A stretch of 64,000 bases of DNA from Promethearchaeota archaeon (GCA_048940645.1 JBHLOI010000001.1:1-64000), one strand, 5' to 3'. Shown: positions 32,136 to 42,647, counted from the stretch's first letter. Notes: generated by a model from the sequence alone, not told the origin. Numbers and translations are program-made.

Positions 32136-32903
32136 TTAAAAAGTTCCATAATATACTTCTGTATCATATTCCAGTTTTATTGTCCCATCATGTTGATATT
32201 TATCAAAAATAAAAGCTAATTCTTTTATCATATCCTCATATTCGGGGCTATTTTCGAGAGGAATATAAGAAGCAGACAATAAACGCCCCTTTAAACCTTC
32301 AAAATCAAAATCTTGGTAATTATAAAACACTTCTTTTTCATATTTAAAGAAATTATTGATATCCGTTTCATCTTTACGTGTAAATTTATAATCTTTACCA
32401 TATTTTATGATAAATTTCTCATATTCAGTCGAAAATCCACTATCTGATTTCTTGCGATTATTCCAAATTAGTATGACATAACCTCCTTCTTTAAGTATTC
32501 TCCTAAATTCTTTTTGCGTTTGTTTAATATCAAACCAATGGAAAGCCTGACCAACAGTTATAATGTCAATGCTTTTTCCTTTTAGATTAGTACTTTCAGC
32601 TGAACCATCAACAGTTATGAAATCTGAATAGTTTTCTAATAATTTTTCAGCAGCGTTTCTCATATCTGCATTTGGTTCAATCCCATATACTACATTTCCA
32701 TTTTTTAAGAAAATTTCACTTAAGATACCTGTTCCTGAACCAATATCTGCGATAATTGAATCTTTTATTAAGATCTTTTTTTCTTTCAAAAATTTTATAA
32801 TTTCAGAGGGATAATTTGGTCTAAATTTGATGTAATTCTCAACACGAGATGAGAATCTCTTTTTAGGGTCTAATATGAATTTCTTCTTCGGCATACAATT
32901 CAA
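32136..32903 (-). CDS. Class I SAM-dependent methyltransferase
   Basis: RFS....Y...RP.YP, ADIGSGTG, QAFHWF. Confidence 0.88.
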   Translation of the reverse strand: MNCMPKKKFILDPKKRFSSRVENYIKFRPNYPSEIIKFLKEKKILIKDSIIADIGSGTGILSEIFLKNGNVVYGIEPNADMRNAAEKLLENYSDFITVDGSAESTNLKGKSIDIITVGQAFHWFDIKQTQKEFRRILKEGGYVILIWNNRKKSDSGFSTEYEKFIIKYGKDYKFTRKDETDINNFFKYEKEVFYNYQDFDFEGLKGRLLSASYIPLENSPEYEDMIKELAFIFDKYQHDGTIKLEYDTEVYYGTF

Positions 32904-32943
32904 ATAAAAAAATGAAAAAAGTAAAAAAAAGTTATTTTAAATA

Positions 32944-34881
32944 TTAATTGGCATGTTTTTGTTTAATTAATGTAAGTTTCCCACCAGCTTTCAATTCCTC
33001 AATTTCAGTTTGACTAAGAGAATGAGTTAATTGAATTTCAGTATTTTTAGTTAAGTTTTTTAAAGCTACTCTTCCTGTTTCTAAGGTAGTGAGATCAATT
33101 TCAAATTGATCTCCTTTTTCTATTTTATCATAATCGCCCTTGTCAACAAAAGTTAAAGGAACAATACCAAAATTAATAAGGTTTGCTAAATGAATACGAG
33201 CAAAAGATTTAACGATAACTGCTTTTACTCCTAAATACTTAGGAGCTATTGCAGCATGTTCTCTACTGGAACCTTGACCATAATTATCTCCACCAACTAT
33301 AAACCCCCCTCCTTTTTCTAAAGATGCGTCATGAAAATTTTCATCAATTACACTAAATACAAATTTACTGATTTCAGGGATATTAGATCTTAAGGGAAGG
33401 ATTTTAGCTCCTGCTGGCATTATATGGTCAGTAGTAATGTCATCCTCCACTTTAAGTAAGACTTCACCTTCTAATTTTTCTGGTATTGGATTAAACTCTG
33501 GTAATGGTTTAATATTTGGTCCCCTCACTATTTCAACCTTTTTAGCTTCTTCTGGAGGTATAGGAGGAATAATCATATTATCATTAACTATAAATTTCTT
33601 GGGCATATCAATTTGGGGTAATTTACCAAATTTACGTGGATCCGTGATAATACCTTCAATTGCAGCCATAGCTGCAGTTTCAGGACTAACTAGGTATACA
33701 TTTGCACTTTTAGTACCAGATCTACCCAAAAAATTCCTATTAAATGTTCTCAAGGATATTGCGTCTGTTTTTGGAGCTAATCCCATTCCAATACAAGGTC
33801 CACAAGCATTTTCTAAGATACGAGTACCAGCTTCTACTAAATAAGTCATTTCTCCCGAATGAATCATATGGTCTACTACTTGTCGAGAACCAGGAGAAAC
33901 TGTTAGGACAGTATGTTTGCTGATAGTTTTTCCTTTTAACATATTAGCTGCAATTTTAAGATCCCTCAGAGAGGAGTTCGTGCAACTACCGATACATACT
34001 TGATCGACGTTTAATCCTTCAAGTTCTTTTACGGTTTTAACATTTCCAGGACTATGTGGTTCAGCAATAAGAGGTTCCAACTCACTTAAATTTATCTCAA
34101 TTACTTCATCATACTGAGCATCTTCATCTGGTTCTAAGCTTATCCATTGATCTCCCCGTTCTTGTGATTCTAAAAACTGTTTCGTAATTTCATCAGAAGG
34201 AAATATTGAAGTTGTAGCCCCAGTTTCTGTACCCATATTAGCAATAGTTCCTCTTTCAGGAACAGATAATGTTTCAACCCCTGGACCCGTATATTCTAGA
34301 ACTTTATTAACAGCTCCTTTAACACCAATCCTTCTTAAAACTTCCAATATAACATCTTTTGCAGAAATAAAGTCTTGTAATTGCCCTGTTAGATAAACTT
34401 TAACTATTTTTGGCATTCTTAAGCGAAATGATTCACCTGCCATTGCTGCTGCTACATCTAAACCACCAGCGCCAATAGCAATCATTCCAACACCTCCACC
34501 TGTAGGCGTATGCGAATCTGAACCAAGTAGAGTTTTTCCAGGTCTAGAAAATCTTTCTAAATGTAATTGGTGACATATACCATTTCCAGGTCTAGAAAAA
34601 TAGAGTCCATATCTTGCTGCTATACTCTGAAGGTATCTATGATCATCTGGATTTTTAAAGTCTGTTTGTAAAGTATTATGATCTACATAGCTTACAGATA
34701 ATTCAGTTTGAACGCGATCTATGCCCATAGCTTCAAATTGAAGGTAAGCCATAGTACCTGTAGCATCTTGAGTAAGAGTTTGATCGATTTTTATAGCTAT
34801 ATCTGCATTTTTTTCTAAAGTACCTTCTACTAAGTGTTGTTCTAAAACTTTTTCAGTTAGGGTTTTTCCCATAAATTCCAA
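32944..34881 (-). CDS. Aconitate hydratase, short type, canonical three-Cys cluster
   Basis: DQTLTQDATGT, DHN, GSDSHT, IGSCTNS, ACGPCIG, TTDHIMP, GQGSSREHAA; true start probably ATG at 34872. Confidence 0.9.
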   Translation of the reverse strand: MEFMGKTLTEKVLEQHLVEGTLEKNADIAIKIDQTLTQDATGTMAYLQFEAMGIDRVQTELSVSYVDHNTLQTDFKNPDDHRYLQSIAARYGLYFSRPGNGICHQLHLERFSRPGKTLLGSDSHTPTGGGVGMIAIGAGGLDVAAAMAGESFRLRMPKIVKVYLTGQLQDFISAKDVILEVLRRIGVKGAVNKVLEYTGPGVETLSVPERGTIANMGTETGATTSIFPSDEITKQFLESQERGDQWISLEPDEDAQYDEVIEINLSELEPLIAEPHSPGNVKTVKELEGLNVDQVCIGSCTNSSLRDLKIAANMLKGKTISKHTVLTVSPGSRQVVDHMIHSGEMTYLVEAGTRILENACGPCIGMGLAPKTDAISLRTFNRNFLGRSGTKSANVYLVSPETAAMAAIEGIITDPRKFGKLPQIDMPKKFIVNDNMIIPPIPPEEAKKVEIVRGPNIKPLPEFNPIPEKLEGEVLLKVEDDITTDHIMPAGAKILPLRSNIPEISKFVFSVIDENFHDASLEKGGGFIVGGDNYGQGSSREHAAIAPKYLGVKAVIVKSFARIHLANLINFGIVPLTFVDKGDYDKIEKGDQFEIDLTTLETGRVALKNLTKNTEIQLTHSLSQTEIEELKAGGKLTLIKQKHAN

Positions 34882-35056
34882 CCTTTCAAGCTGTAAATAA
34901 TTAATATTTCAATATTTTAGTATTGATAGTGAAACCCTTTATTTAAATTAGTCAATTATAAGAATTAGAAAATTAATAGAAGCTATGAATTCCCATTTAC
35001 TTCCCTTATCAATTAATAAAAATGAAGTGATTAATGTTTTTTTAAAATATAAATTT

Positions 35057-36169
35057 TCATTTTCGAACTACCCAGAAATAAGTTCCCTTATCTTTTATGA
35101 ACTCTGCTCTATTAAAAGGTGTAGAATCAACAAATTCTTTAAAAGATTTCTCATCGTAAAAACCTGCAAAATCAGCTTCAAGAAACTTATGCATAACATC
35201 AAAAAGTTGGAATTCTTCTGGTGGATCAAAGGTTCCGTGAATCATACTCTCTGCAACTAGTAAAATTCCATCTTCTTTCAATAAAGTATTGAGATCATTG
35301 AAAACACTCAATCGATAAGCTTTATCCTTTTCCATCTCATGAAGTACTTGATTTAGTAATATCAGATCAAATTTCGTTTCTGATTGTTCAGTATATTTAT
35401 CAATTGAAGTTTCAAGAATTTCAACTCTATCACTCCAATTATTTTCTTCTATTAACCTTTGAGAAGCTGATATCCCTCGAGAATCAATGTCGATGCCTAC
35501 AAACCTTGCTTTCTTATACTTTTTTGCCCAAATTGCTAGAGTATAACCATAACCGCATCCAACTGATAAAATAGAAGATTCTTTTCGTAAATTTCTACAA
35601 AAATCCTTGAAATTCTTAGCAAATAGCCTTTCAATCAATGATCCAACCCTAGAACTCATCATCTGCGTAGCTCTAATTACTTCTTCAGGATAGTCGTTAT
35701 AGAATTCGCTAGTAGATAACTTTCCTGCTCCTTTAATATATTCAAGTATTGAATCTTGATATGGTGCAAGATAATAAAATGCTCCAATAGTGTCTCCAAC
35801 ATAAAACATATGATTGCGATCAATTAATAAACTATATACATGTGGTGCAGTTTTTATTTCTCTTTTAAATGAATCATTAATTTCGAAAAGACCACACTCG
35901 AGACCTAAATGAACCCAAGCATCTACATATTTTAGATTTAAATTGAGGTTTTCAGAAATTTCTTCTATTGTAAAAATCATTGAAGATATAGTAGTTGTTT
36001 CAGATAAAAATTTGGCTTTTTTGTAAAGATAATCGAAAATACCAAGCCGTAGACCAAGACCATATGTTAATATTGTATTAAATCCATAAAAGCCTTTTAT
36101 CAAAAATTTTTTCATTTGTTCTTTTATTGTGATTTCTTTTTCATTTTGAGACATATTAGTTTCACCCAA
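35057..36169 (-). CDS. SAM-dependent methyltransferase with N-terminal winged-helix/dimerisation domain
   Basis: GLRLGIFD and wHTH-like N-terminus; SVGCGYG, GIDID, LHEM; true start likely ATG at 36154. Confidence 0.8.
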   Translation of the reverse strand: MGETNMSQNEKEITIKEQMKKFLIKGFYGFNTILTYGLGLRLGIFDYLYKKAKFLSETTTISSMIFTIEEISENLNLNLKYVDAWVHLGLECGLFEINDSFKREIKTAPHVYSLLIDRNHMFYVGDTIGAFYYLAPYQDSILEYIKGAGKLSTSEFYNDYPEEVIRATQMMSSRVGSLIERLFAKNFKDFCRNLRKESSILSVGCGYGYTLAIWAKKYKKARFVGIDIDSRGISASQRLIEENNWSDRVEILETSIDKYTEQSETKFDLILLNQVLHEMEKDKAYRLSVFNDLNTLLKEDGILLVAESMIHGTFDPPEEFQLFDVMHKFLEADFAGFYDEKSFKEFVDSTPFNRAEFIKDKGTYFWVVRK

Positions 36170-36481
36170 AAAATTAGTTAATTTTTATGTAATATCTAGT
36201 TATATATCAATTTATAATTTAGGTTTAAGAATTAGTTATCTTAAGGAAGAAAATATTCAAAAATAGTACAAAAAGGTTTAGTTATAAGGATTAGAACTCC
36301 CAAAAACAAAAAATTAATATTTCAAAGTTTTAGTTAAGATAATGAAACCCTTTCTATTGATTTTCCATATTTGTATAGATCCAGTTTCAAACAGATAAAT
36401 CTTTAAATCTTTAAATAATTCAAATAATAATAATCGTATTTTTAAATTATACTGGTTTTTAGGTTAATTAATAGTTAATAA

Positions 36482-36973
36482 TTGGTGGAAATTATTAAAC
36501 AAGAGGAACATATTAAAACAATTAACAGAGATATTAGAGCAGAAAATCTTGTTAGGGAAACCAAGGTGCTTAATATAGCAAGATTAGCTAAAATGCTTGT
36601 AGATTTGTTTGGTTTAGATGAACCTTTCCAGGATATTGGAAAAGAATTAGAAGGTCAAGAAGTTGAATTATATTTAAAAAATTTAAATGGATATATTACT
36701 TTCATTTTAACATCAGATAGGCAGAAATTTGATTGTCACGCAGAAAAAGCCAATAATCCAATTGCTAGACTTATCATTACGATTAAAGAAGAAAAAATTA
36801 TTAAGGTCATCAGTGATATAATACGCTCTAAAAACAATATATTTGGATTAGCTAAATTATTGAAGTATTTAATTCCAGGTAAAGCAAAGGTAAAAGGGTC
36901 TCTTAAAGCAGCATTAAAGTTGGTCAAATGCCTAATGATTGGTAAAAATGATGTGTATAAAAAAAGGAAATAA
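36482..36973 (+). CDS. Hypothetical protein, probable SCP2 (sterol carrier protein 2)-like lipid-binding fold
   Basis: C-terminal PGKAKVKGSLKAALKL resembles the SCP2 GKxKxxG motif. Confidence 0.5.
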   Translation: MVEIIKQEEHIKTINRDIRAENLVRETKVLNIARLAKMLVDLFGLDEPFQDIGKELEGQEVELYLKNLNGYITFILTSDRQKFDCHAEKANNPIARLIITIKEEKIIKVISDIIRSKNNIFGLAKLLKYLIPGKAKVKGSLKAALKLVKCLMIGKNDVYKKRK

Positions 36974-36984
36974 GGTTAACTTTT

Positions 36985-38136
36985 ATGAGTCTAAAAAATG
37001 ATTTTTTTTTGAACATTTCGACTTCAATTATAAATCCGTACATAGAGGATTGGCAGAAATCCAATAGGAAAGTGGTGGGTTATTATTGCACTTACATTCC
37101 TGAAGAATTACTCCATGCTGCTGAATTGCTTCCTTTTAGAATAAGGGCAACAGGGACTAAAGATACTGATTTAGCTGATATCTATATGGTGAGATTCACT
37201 TGCTCTTTTGTAAGGGCTACTTTGGATTTGGCGCTTAGAGGAGGTTATGATTTTCTTGATGGATTTCTAGTATGTAATAGTTGTGATCACAGTAGAAGAA
37301 TGTTTGAATTATTCAATCTAAAGGTATTTAATAGAGAAAATTTCAATAAGAAGGTTCCTCAATTTTACATAGCATTGCCACATGTGATAACAGATGAAGG
37401 TTTTGAATGGTATAAAAAGGAAGTTGAAGAATTAAAGGAAGAACTGGAAAAAGCCTACCAAATTAAAGAGATTACAAATGAAAAGTTATTAAAATCGATT
37501 CATATATACAATGAAAATAGAAAATTACTAAGAAGTATCCACGAGCTTAGACTTCAGGAAAAACCAAAACTTACTGGTAGTGAGTTTTTAAAGATAAATA
37601 TAGCTAATTCGTCAATCCCAAAAGAGATCGCTAATCAAGAATTAAATAGAATAATTATTGCTTTAAAAAGTCGCAAGTCTATAGATGTAAGTAACAAAAA
37701 AAGAATCTTACTAGTTGGAAGTATTGTAGATAACCTTGATTTTACACAATTAATTGAAAACTCAGGTGCTTTCATTGCCTCTGATTTTCTTTGTTTCGGA
37801 ACTAGATATTTCTATGATGATGTACAATTGGTAAATCGTGATGATCCCTTAGAAAATATCACTAAGCGAGTATATTATAGAATTTCTTGCCCTAGAATGA
37901 TGGATGACCATTTAAGACGTTTAGATTTTTTAAAAGAAGAAATAAATCGAGCTAAAGTCGATGGTGTACTTCTACAGAGGATTAACAATTGCGATCTTCA
38001 CGGGTGCGATAATATGCTTTTTACGCATGAATTAAAGGAATTAGATGTCCCAGTTTTGAATATTGATAGGGAATTTTATCAATCTGACACAACTCGTTTA
38101 CAAACTCGGATCGAAGCATTTATAGAAATGATTTGA
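36985..38136 (+). CDS. 2-hydroxyacyl-CoA dehydratase family subunit (HgdB/FldC/BcrC-like)
   Basis: GYYCTYIPEELLHAA, CSFVR, NSCDH, LCFG, NCDLHG, LQTRIEAFIEMI. Confidence 0.88.
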   Translation: MSLKNDFFLNISTSIINPYIEDWQKSNRKVVGYYCTYIPEELLHAAELLPFRIRATGTKDTDLADIYMVRFTCSFVRATLDLALRGGYDFLDGFLVCNSCDHSRRMFELFNLKVFNRENFNKKVPQFYIALPHVITDEGFEWYKKEVEELKEELEKAYQIKEITNEKLLKSIHIYNENRKLLRSIHELRLQEKPKLTGSEFLKINIANSSIPKEIANQELNRIIIALKSRKSIDVSNKKRILLVGSIVDNLDFTQLIENSGAFIASDFLCFGTRYFYDDVQLVNRDDPLENITKRVYYRISCPRMMDDHLRRLDFLKEEINRAKVDGVLLQRINNCDLHGCDNMLFTHELKELDVPVLNIDREFYQSDTTRLQTRIEAFIEMI

Positions 38137-39452
38137 AACTATTTAAATTTACAGTGATTATCATGTCTAACAAAAATCAAAACGGAAATCGAATAATTCC
38201 TTATAAAATGTTTTTAAAAGCATTATTAACAACACGAGAATTAATTGAAAGAATATTACCTAAACAAGGAGTTCCCTCATTAAGAATAGGAACAAAAAAA
38301 ATAGAATCTGTTATAGCTAGTTATATTGAAAAAGCAGAGGAAGGTCTTCCAGTTATTGGGTATCATTTTTCTTTTCCTGTTGAATATCTTAAGTGTTTTG
38401 ATTGTGTTCCTGTCTGCTTAGAAGCGACATCATATTTCATGGCTACACTCTTAGAGGGCGGTACGGAAAATTATTACGATCTCATGAATAGCTGGGGTCA
38501 TCCATTTCATACTTGCACATCTCAAAAGGGAGCGATGGGAATGACTTTAGAGGATCTATTCAAATTTGATGCTATTATAACCCCTACAGCTCCCTGTGAC
38601 TGTACTATTGCATCTTATCCATTTTTTAAATATAAGAAAAACTTTCCACTTGTTATGGTTGATTTACCGTTTCTACATGAGGAAAAAAGTTACCTTTATT
38701 ATGCAGATCAGCTTAAATCTGGATTATTAAACCTTGGTAAGATTATTGGTCAAGATCTCAATTATAAAAAACTTAAGGAAGCTATAGATATTGAAAATCA
38801 AGTTAATAAAATAAAATTTGAGATATTTGACTTAATCAAAGCTGTACCTAGCCCAATCGAAAATTTATACAATCCTGTTTCTGCTGGAGCCTATATATTT
38901 ATAGGAGGTATGCCTGAAAATCTTTCCTTCCATAAAGAAATGCTAGAAATAACCAAACTGAGGTATAAAAATAAAGAACATCATGGTGGAGAAGAAAAGG
39001 TAAGAAGTATATGGCCTTATATGATAACTTGGTTCTCTATAGATTTAATGGAATGGTTGGATAGAAATTTGGGCTTAAGTGTTTTATTCGATATTTTCAA
39101 TTACAATTTTTCAGAGCCTATTAATACAAACTCTGATTTGGATACGATTTTCTTAGGTATGAGTAAAAAAGGAATGGATTTTTCTATGATAAAGCAATCC
39201 ACTGAATTTTTTGAACCTTTTATTGAATATTGCATTAGTTTTGCGAAAGAGTTTTCTGCAGATTGCTTTATATACACTCAGAGCATCGCATGTAAGCAAT
39301 TTGGTTCTGTTCCACAACTTTTAAAAGAAGCATTAATGGATGAGGTTGGGATCCCTATGTTGCTCATTGAGTTTGATGCAGGCGATGCTCGTATGACTTC
39401 TCTTAAAACATTTAAAGAAAAAATAAGTATCTTTGTTCAAACATTAATTTAG
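38133..39452 (+). CDS. 2-hydroxyacyl-CoA dehydratase family subunit (HgdA/FldB-like), paralog 1
   Basis: HTCTSQKG, APCD, ACKQ, DAGDAR; true start may be ATG at 38163. Confidence 0.8.
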   Translation: MKLFKFTVIIMSNKNQNGNRIIPYKMFLKALLTTRELIERILPKQGVPSLRIGTKKIESVIASYIEKAEEGLPVIGYHFSFPVEYLKCFDCVPVCLEATSYFMATLLEGGTENYYDLMNSWGHPFHTCTSQKGAMGMTLEDLFKFDAIITPTAPCDCTIASYPFFKYKKNFPLVMVDLPFLHEEKSYLYYADQLKSGLLNLGKIIGQDLNYKKLKEAIDIENQVNKIKFEIFDLIKAVPSPIENLYNPVSAGAYIFIGGMPENLSFHKEMLEITKLRYKNKEHHGGEEKVRSIWPYMITWFSIDLMEWLDRNLGLSVLFDIFNYNFSEPINTNSDLDTIFLGMSKKGMDFSMIKQSTEFFEPFIEYCISFAKEFSADCFIYTQSIACKQFGSVPQLLKEALMDEVGIPMLLIEFDAGDARMTSLKTFKEKISIFVQTLI

Positions 39453-39485
39453 ACTTTCAATATTATAAAATCAATTTAGAATAAA

Positions 39486-40796
39486 TTGAAAAATTGGGAT
39501 AAAAGTATGGTCAACAGAATTAAAATGGAAAATCGCATCATTCCCTATAAAATGCTTTATGAAGCTGTGGTTTCTACTCAGAGATTAGTTAATGGAATTC
39601 TTCCAGAAGATGGTATTCCTTCTTTAAAGTTGGGTCTAGGGCACATAAAATCTGTTATGGAAGACCTTATTAATAAAGCCAGAGAAGGATTCCCGATAAT
39701 TGGACATCATTTTTCATTTCCAACTGAATATTTATATTGTTTTGATTGTGTACCTGTCTGTATTGAAGGAACATCATATTTTTTAGCTGCTTTATTACCT
39801 AATGGTTCTGAACCCTATTATGATTTGATTACACAATGGGGTCACCCGTTTCATACTTGTAGCTCCCAAAAGGGTACTATGGGGATGACTCTTGACGATT
39901 TATTTAAATTTGATGCTATTATCACTCCTACTGCTCCATGTGATAATACTTATGCTTCATATCCTTTTTTTAAGTATTACAAAGAAATTCCTTTAATCAC
40001 CCCAGATTTACCATTTCTTCAAGCAGAAAAGAGTTATCGATATCATGCTGACGAAATAAAATTGGGATTAGAAAAAGTTGGAAATATTATTGGTCAGGAA
40101 CCTAATTATAATAAATTAAAGCAAATATTAGAATTAGAAAATCAAGTAACCAATCTTCAATTGGAAATTTTTGAATTGAAAAAAGCAACCCCATGCCCTG
40201 TAGAGAATATGTTCAATGTAATGGCTGCCGCAGCTCAAATTTATCTAGCTGGTCGAGAAGAGAAACTTGAGTTCTATAAACAGATGTTAGAAATTGCAAA
40301 AACTAGATACAAAAAGAAAGAGCATCATGCGGGAGAGGAAAAAATAAGAAGCATTTGGCCTTATATGATCGTCTTCTTTGACTTAGCTATGTGTGAATGG
40401 TTAAATCGTGATCTTGGAATGTCGATTTTATTTGATATCTTTAATTATAATTTCGCGGATCCTATCAATACAAAGTCAGATTTAGACACTATGTTTTATG
40501 GTATGGCGAAAAAAGCAATGGAAGCTCCAATGACTAAACAGAGTGCTGAATTTTATTATCCTTTTATTGAAACCTGTGTTCAATTAGCTAAAGATTTTTC
40601 AGCAGATTGTTTCATTTTTACTTCTCATATTGGATGTAAGCAATTTGGTAGCATACCTCAAATTCTACGGGAAGCCTTAAGGGATGAGATTGGAATTCCT
40701 ATGTTATTAGTTGATTTAGATGTTGGTGATGCACGGTTCGCATCTGAGAAGATTATTAGAGAAAAAATAAAGTTGTTTGCTCAAACATTACTTTAA
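39486..40796 (+). CDS. 2-hydroxyacyl-CoA dehydratase family subunit (HgdA/FldB-like), paralog 2
   Basis: HTCSSQKG, APCD, HIGCKQ, DVGDAR; closely similar to the preceding ORF along its length. Confidence 0.8.
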   Translation: MKNWDKSMVNRIKMENRIIPYKMLYEAVVSTQRLVNGILPEDGIPSLKLGLGHIKSVMEDLINKAREGFPIIGHHFSFPTEYLYCFDCVPVCIEGTSYFLAALLPNGSEPYYDLITQWGHPFHTCSSQKGTMGMTLDDLFKFDAIITPTAPCDNTYASYPFFKYYKEIPLITPDLPFLQAEKSYRYHADEIKLGLEKVGNIIGQEPNYNKLKQILELENQVTNLQLEIFELKKATPCPVENMFNVMAAAAQIYLAGREEKLEFYKQMLEIAKTRYKKKEHHAGEEKIRSIWPYMIVFFDLAMCEWLNRDLGMSILFDIFNYNFADPINTKSDLDTMFYGMAKKAMEAPMTKQSAEFYYPFIETCVQLAKDFSADCFIFTSHIGCKQFGSIPQILREALRDEIGIPMLLVDLDVGDARFASEKIIREKIKLFAQTLL

Positions 40797-40898
40797 TTTC
40801 AAATAATATCTAATAAAATGATAAGTAAATCATATAATTTTTTTGCTTTGTCATATTTTTAAATTGAATAATTATTATTTTTGCTTAGGTTATAAATA

Positions 40899-41414
40899 TT
40901 GAGAGAAGATTTAATTAAATTGTCCAAGGAAGAGTTAATAGATTATATTGAACATATATCCAAGCTATGGCTTGCTATTGACGGGACTTGGTTTCAAGTT
41001 GCTGAGAAGGAATATGGATTGGATAAAGCCATAGATATCGATGTTAAACAATGGAAAAGATTTACAGTAATCGAAGCAAAAAGAATTATAAACTTACTTA
41101 ATCTTCCTAAAAATGGAGGGATTCCAGCTCTAATTAAAGCTCTTAAATTTAGAGTTTATGCTAATATTAACATTCAAGAAATTGTAGAAGTCTCTAAAAA
41201 TAGATGTGTGTTCCGGATGAAAAATTGTCGTGTTCAATTTGCAAGAAAAAGTAGAAATCTTCCTGATTTTCCTTGTAAACCAGTAGGTTTAGTTGAATAT
41301 GGTGATTTTGCTAATATTATAGATTCACGTATTGAGACAAATTGTATTTGTTGTCCCCCTGATTCTCATCCTGCTGATTATTACTGCGCTTGGGAATTTA
41401 TCCTAAAAGATTAA
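40899..41414 (+). CDS. DUF6125-like Cys-containing (V4R-type ligand-binding) protein
   Basis: WLAIDGTWF, CRVQ.AR, FPCK, CICCPPD.HP...CAWEF pattern. Confidence 0.7.
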   Translation: MREDLIKLSKEELIDYIEHISKLWLAIDGTWFQVAEKEYGLDKAIDIDVKQWKRFTVIEAKRIINLLNLPKNGGIPALIKALKFRVYANINIQEIVEVSKNRCVFRMKNCRVQFARKSRNLPDFPCKPVGLVEYGDFANIIDSRIETNCICCPPDSHPADYYCAWEFILKD

Positions 41415-41505
41415 CCGAAACTGTCAATCTTTTTTAATTGTATTTATATTATATCCATTTTTCATTTTAAATAATAATTCATTAAAATACAAAATTGATA
41501 AATTT

Positions 41506-42528
41506 ATGTTTGACAAATCACATTGTGCTGAATGTAATAATGTTGATTGCTTAATACGCTGTCACTACATAGTTTTTTCTGGTGATGATGAAGCTCGACT
41601 AGAGATGACTAAAATGATTAATGGAGAGGAATCTAGAGTGTTATCTGATTGCGTAACGTGTTTTGCGTGTGATGAGTATTGTCCCTATGAATCCCATCCA
41701 TTTGATTTGATTATAGAATTGCAGGAAAAATACAATAGTCTAAATCTAAATCCAGAAATTGTAGAATCGACGATCAAGCGTTATCAACCTCACGCTGAAT
41801 TACGATTAAAAGATATAAATCCAAATAAACCAGTATTAAATAAATGCGCTTTTCCAAGAACAAATGCGAGAAATATGCAAGGTCAATTGTTTGATAATCT
41901 TCAATATGTTAGCGGTCTTTCTTATTTTTGTAATTTAGCTTATCACCATTATGGGAAAGATTCTATAACACGAGAGAGAGCAACAATAATTATTAATAAT
42001 ATTAAAGCTCAAGGAATAAAAGAGATGATATGCTTCCATGATGAATGCTACGGTTTTTATGCTTCTTATTGTCCTAGAAATAATATAGAATTACCAGAAG
42101 ATTTCAAACCAATGCATCTTTTTGAATATCTTTATCATTATTTGAAAGAGCATGAATCAGAAATTACAAAACTTAATTTGAAAATTGCTTATCAACGACC
42201 TTGTTCTAATCGTTTTTCACCCGGAATCGATGAATGGGTTGATAAGGTCTGTGAATTGATTGGAGTTGAAAGAGTTGATAGAGAATATGATAGAGAAAAT
42301 GCTTTATGCTGCGCTGGTACAATTGTTTCTTTAGGAAAGAAAAAATTAGCTCGAGAAGTTCAGAAAAAGAATGTTGAAGATATGATAAAACATGGAGCAA
42401 AAATATGTGTATATAATTGTCCTGCTTGCATGGATTCTTTGGGTTCAAGAGTAGTAAGAAGCGGTTTGAAAAATTACTTTCTCAGTGATTTATGTCGAAT
42501 GGCATTAGGAGAAAAACTAGACTATTAA
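41506..42528 (+). CDS. Fe-S oxidoreductase with ferredoxin-like and CCG domains (HdrD/GlcF-like)
   Basis: CAEC..DC..RC, CVTCFACDEYCP, YQRPC, LCCAG, NCPAC. Confidence 0.8.
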   Translation: MFDKSHCAECNNVDCLIRCHYIVFSGDDEARLEMTKMINGEESRVLSDCVTCFACDEYCPYESHPFDLIIELQEKYNSLNLNPEIVESTIKRYQPHAELRLKDINPNKPVLNKCAFPRTNARNMQGQLFDNLQYVSGLSYFCNLAYHHYGKDSITRERATIIINNIKAQGIKEMICFHDECYGFYASYCPRNNIELPEDFKPMHLFEYLYHYLKEHESEITKLNLKIAYQRPCSNRFSPGIDEWVDKVCELIGVERVDREYDRENALCCAGTIVSLGKKKLAREVQKKNVEDMIKHGAKICVYNCPACMDSLGSRVVRSGLKNYFLSDLCRMALGEKLDY

Positions 42529-42647
42529 AGTTGGATAGATCTAAAATAACCAACTGGGTATTAATTAGTGCAATAAAAAAAATTTTTATCTTACAAAAAA
42601 TAAAACAACCTAATACAAAATTGAAAAATTAAAAAGGAACATGCAAA

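Noticed and set aside
3602-34881. Claim of autotrophic carbon fixation by rTCA
   Set aside because: Gene content cannot establish direction. Citrate synthase and heterotrophic genes are also present, and no pyruvate synthase or carboxylase is identifiable in the window.
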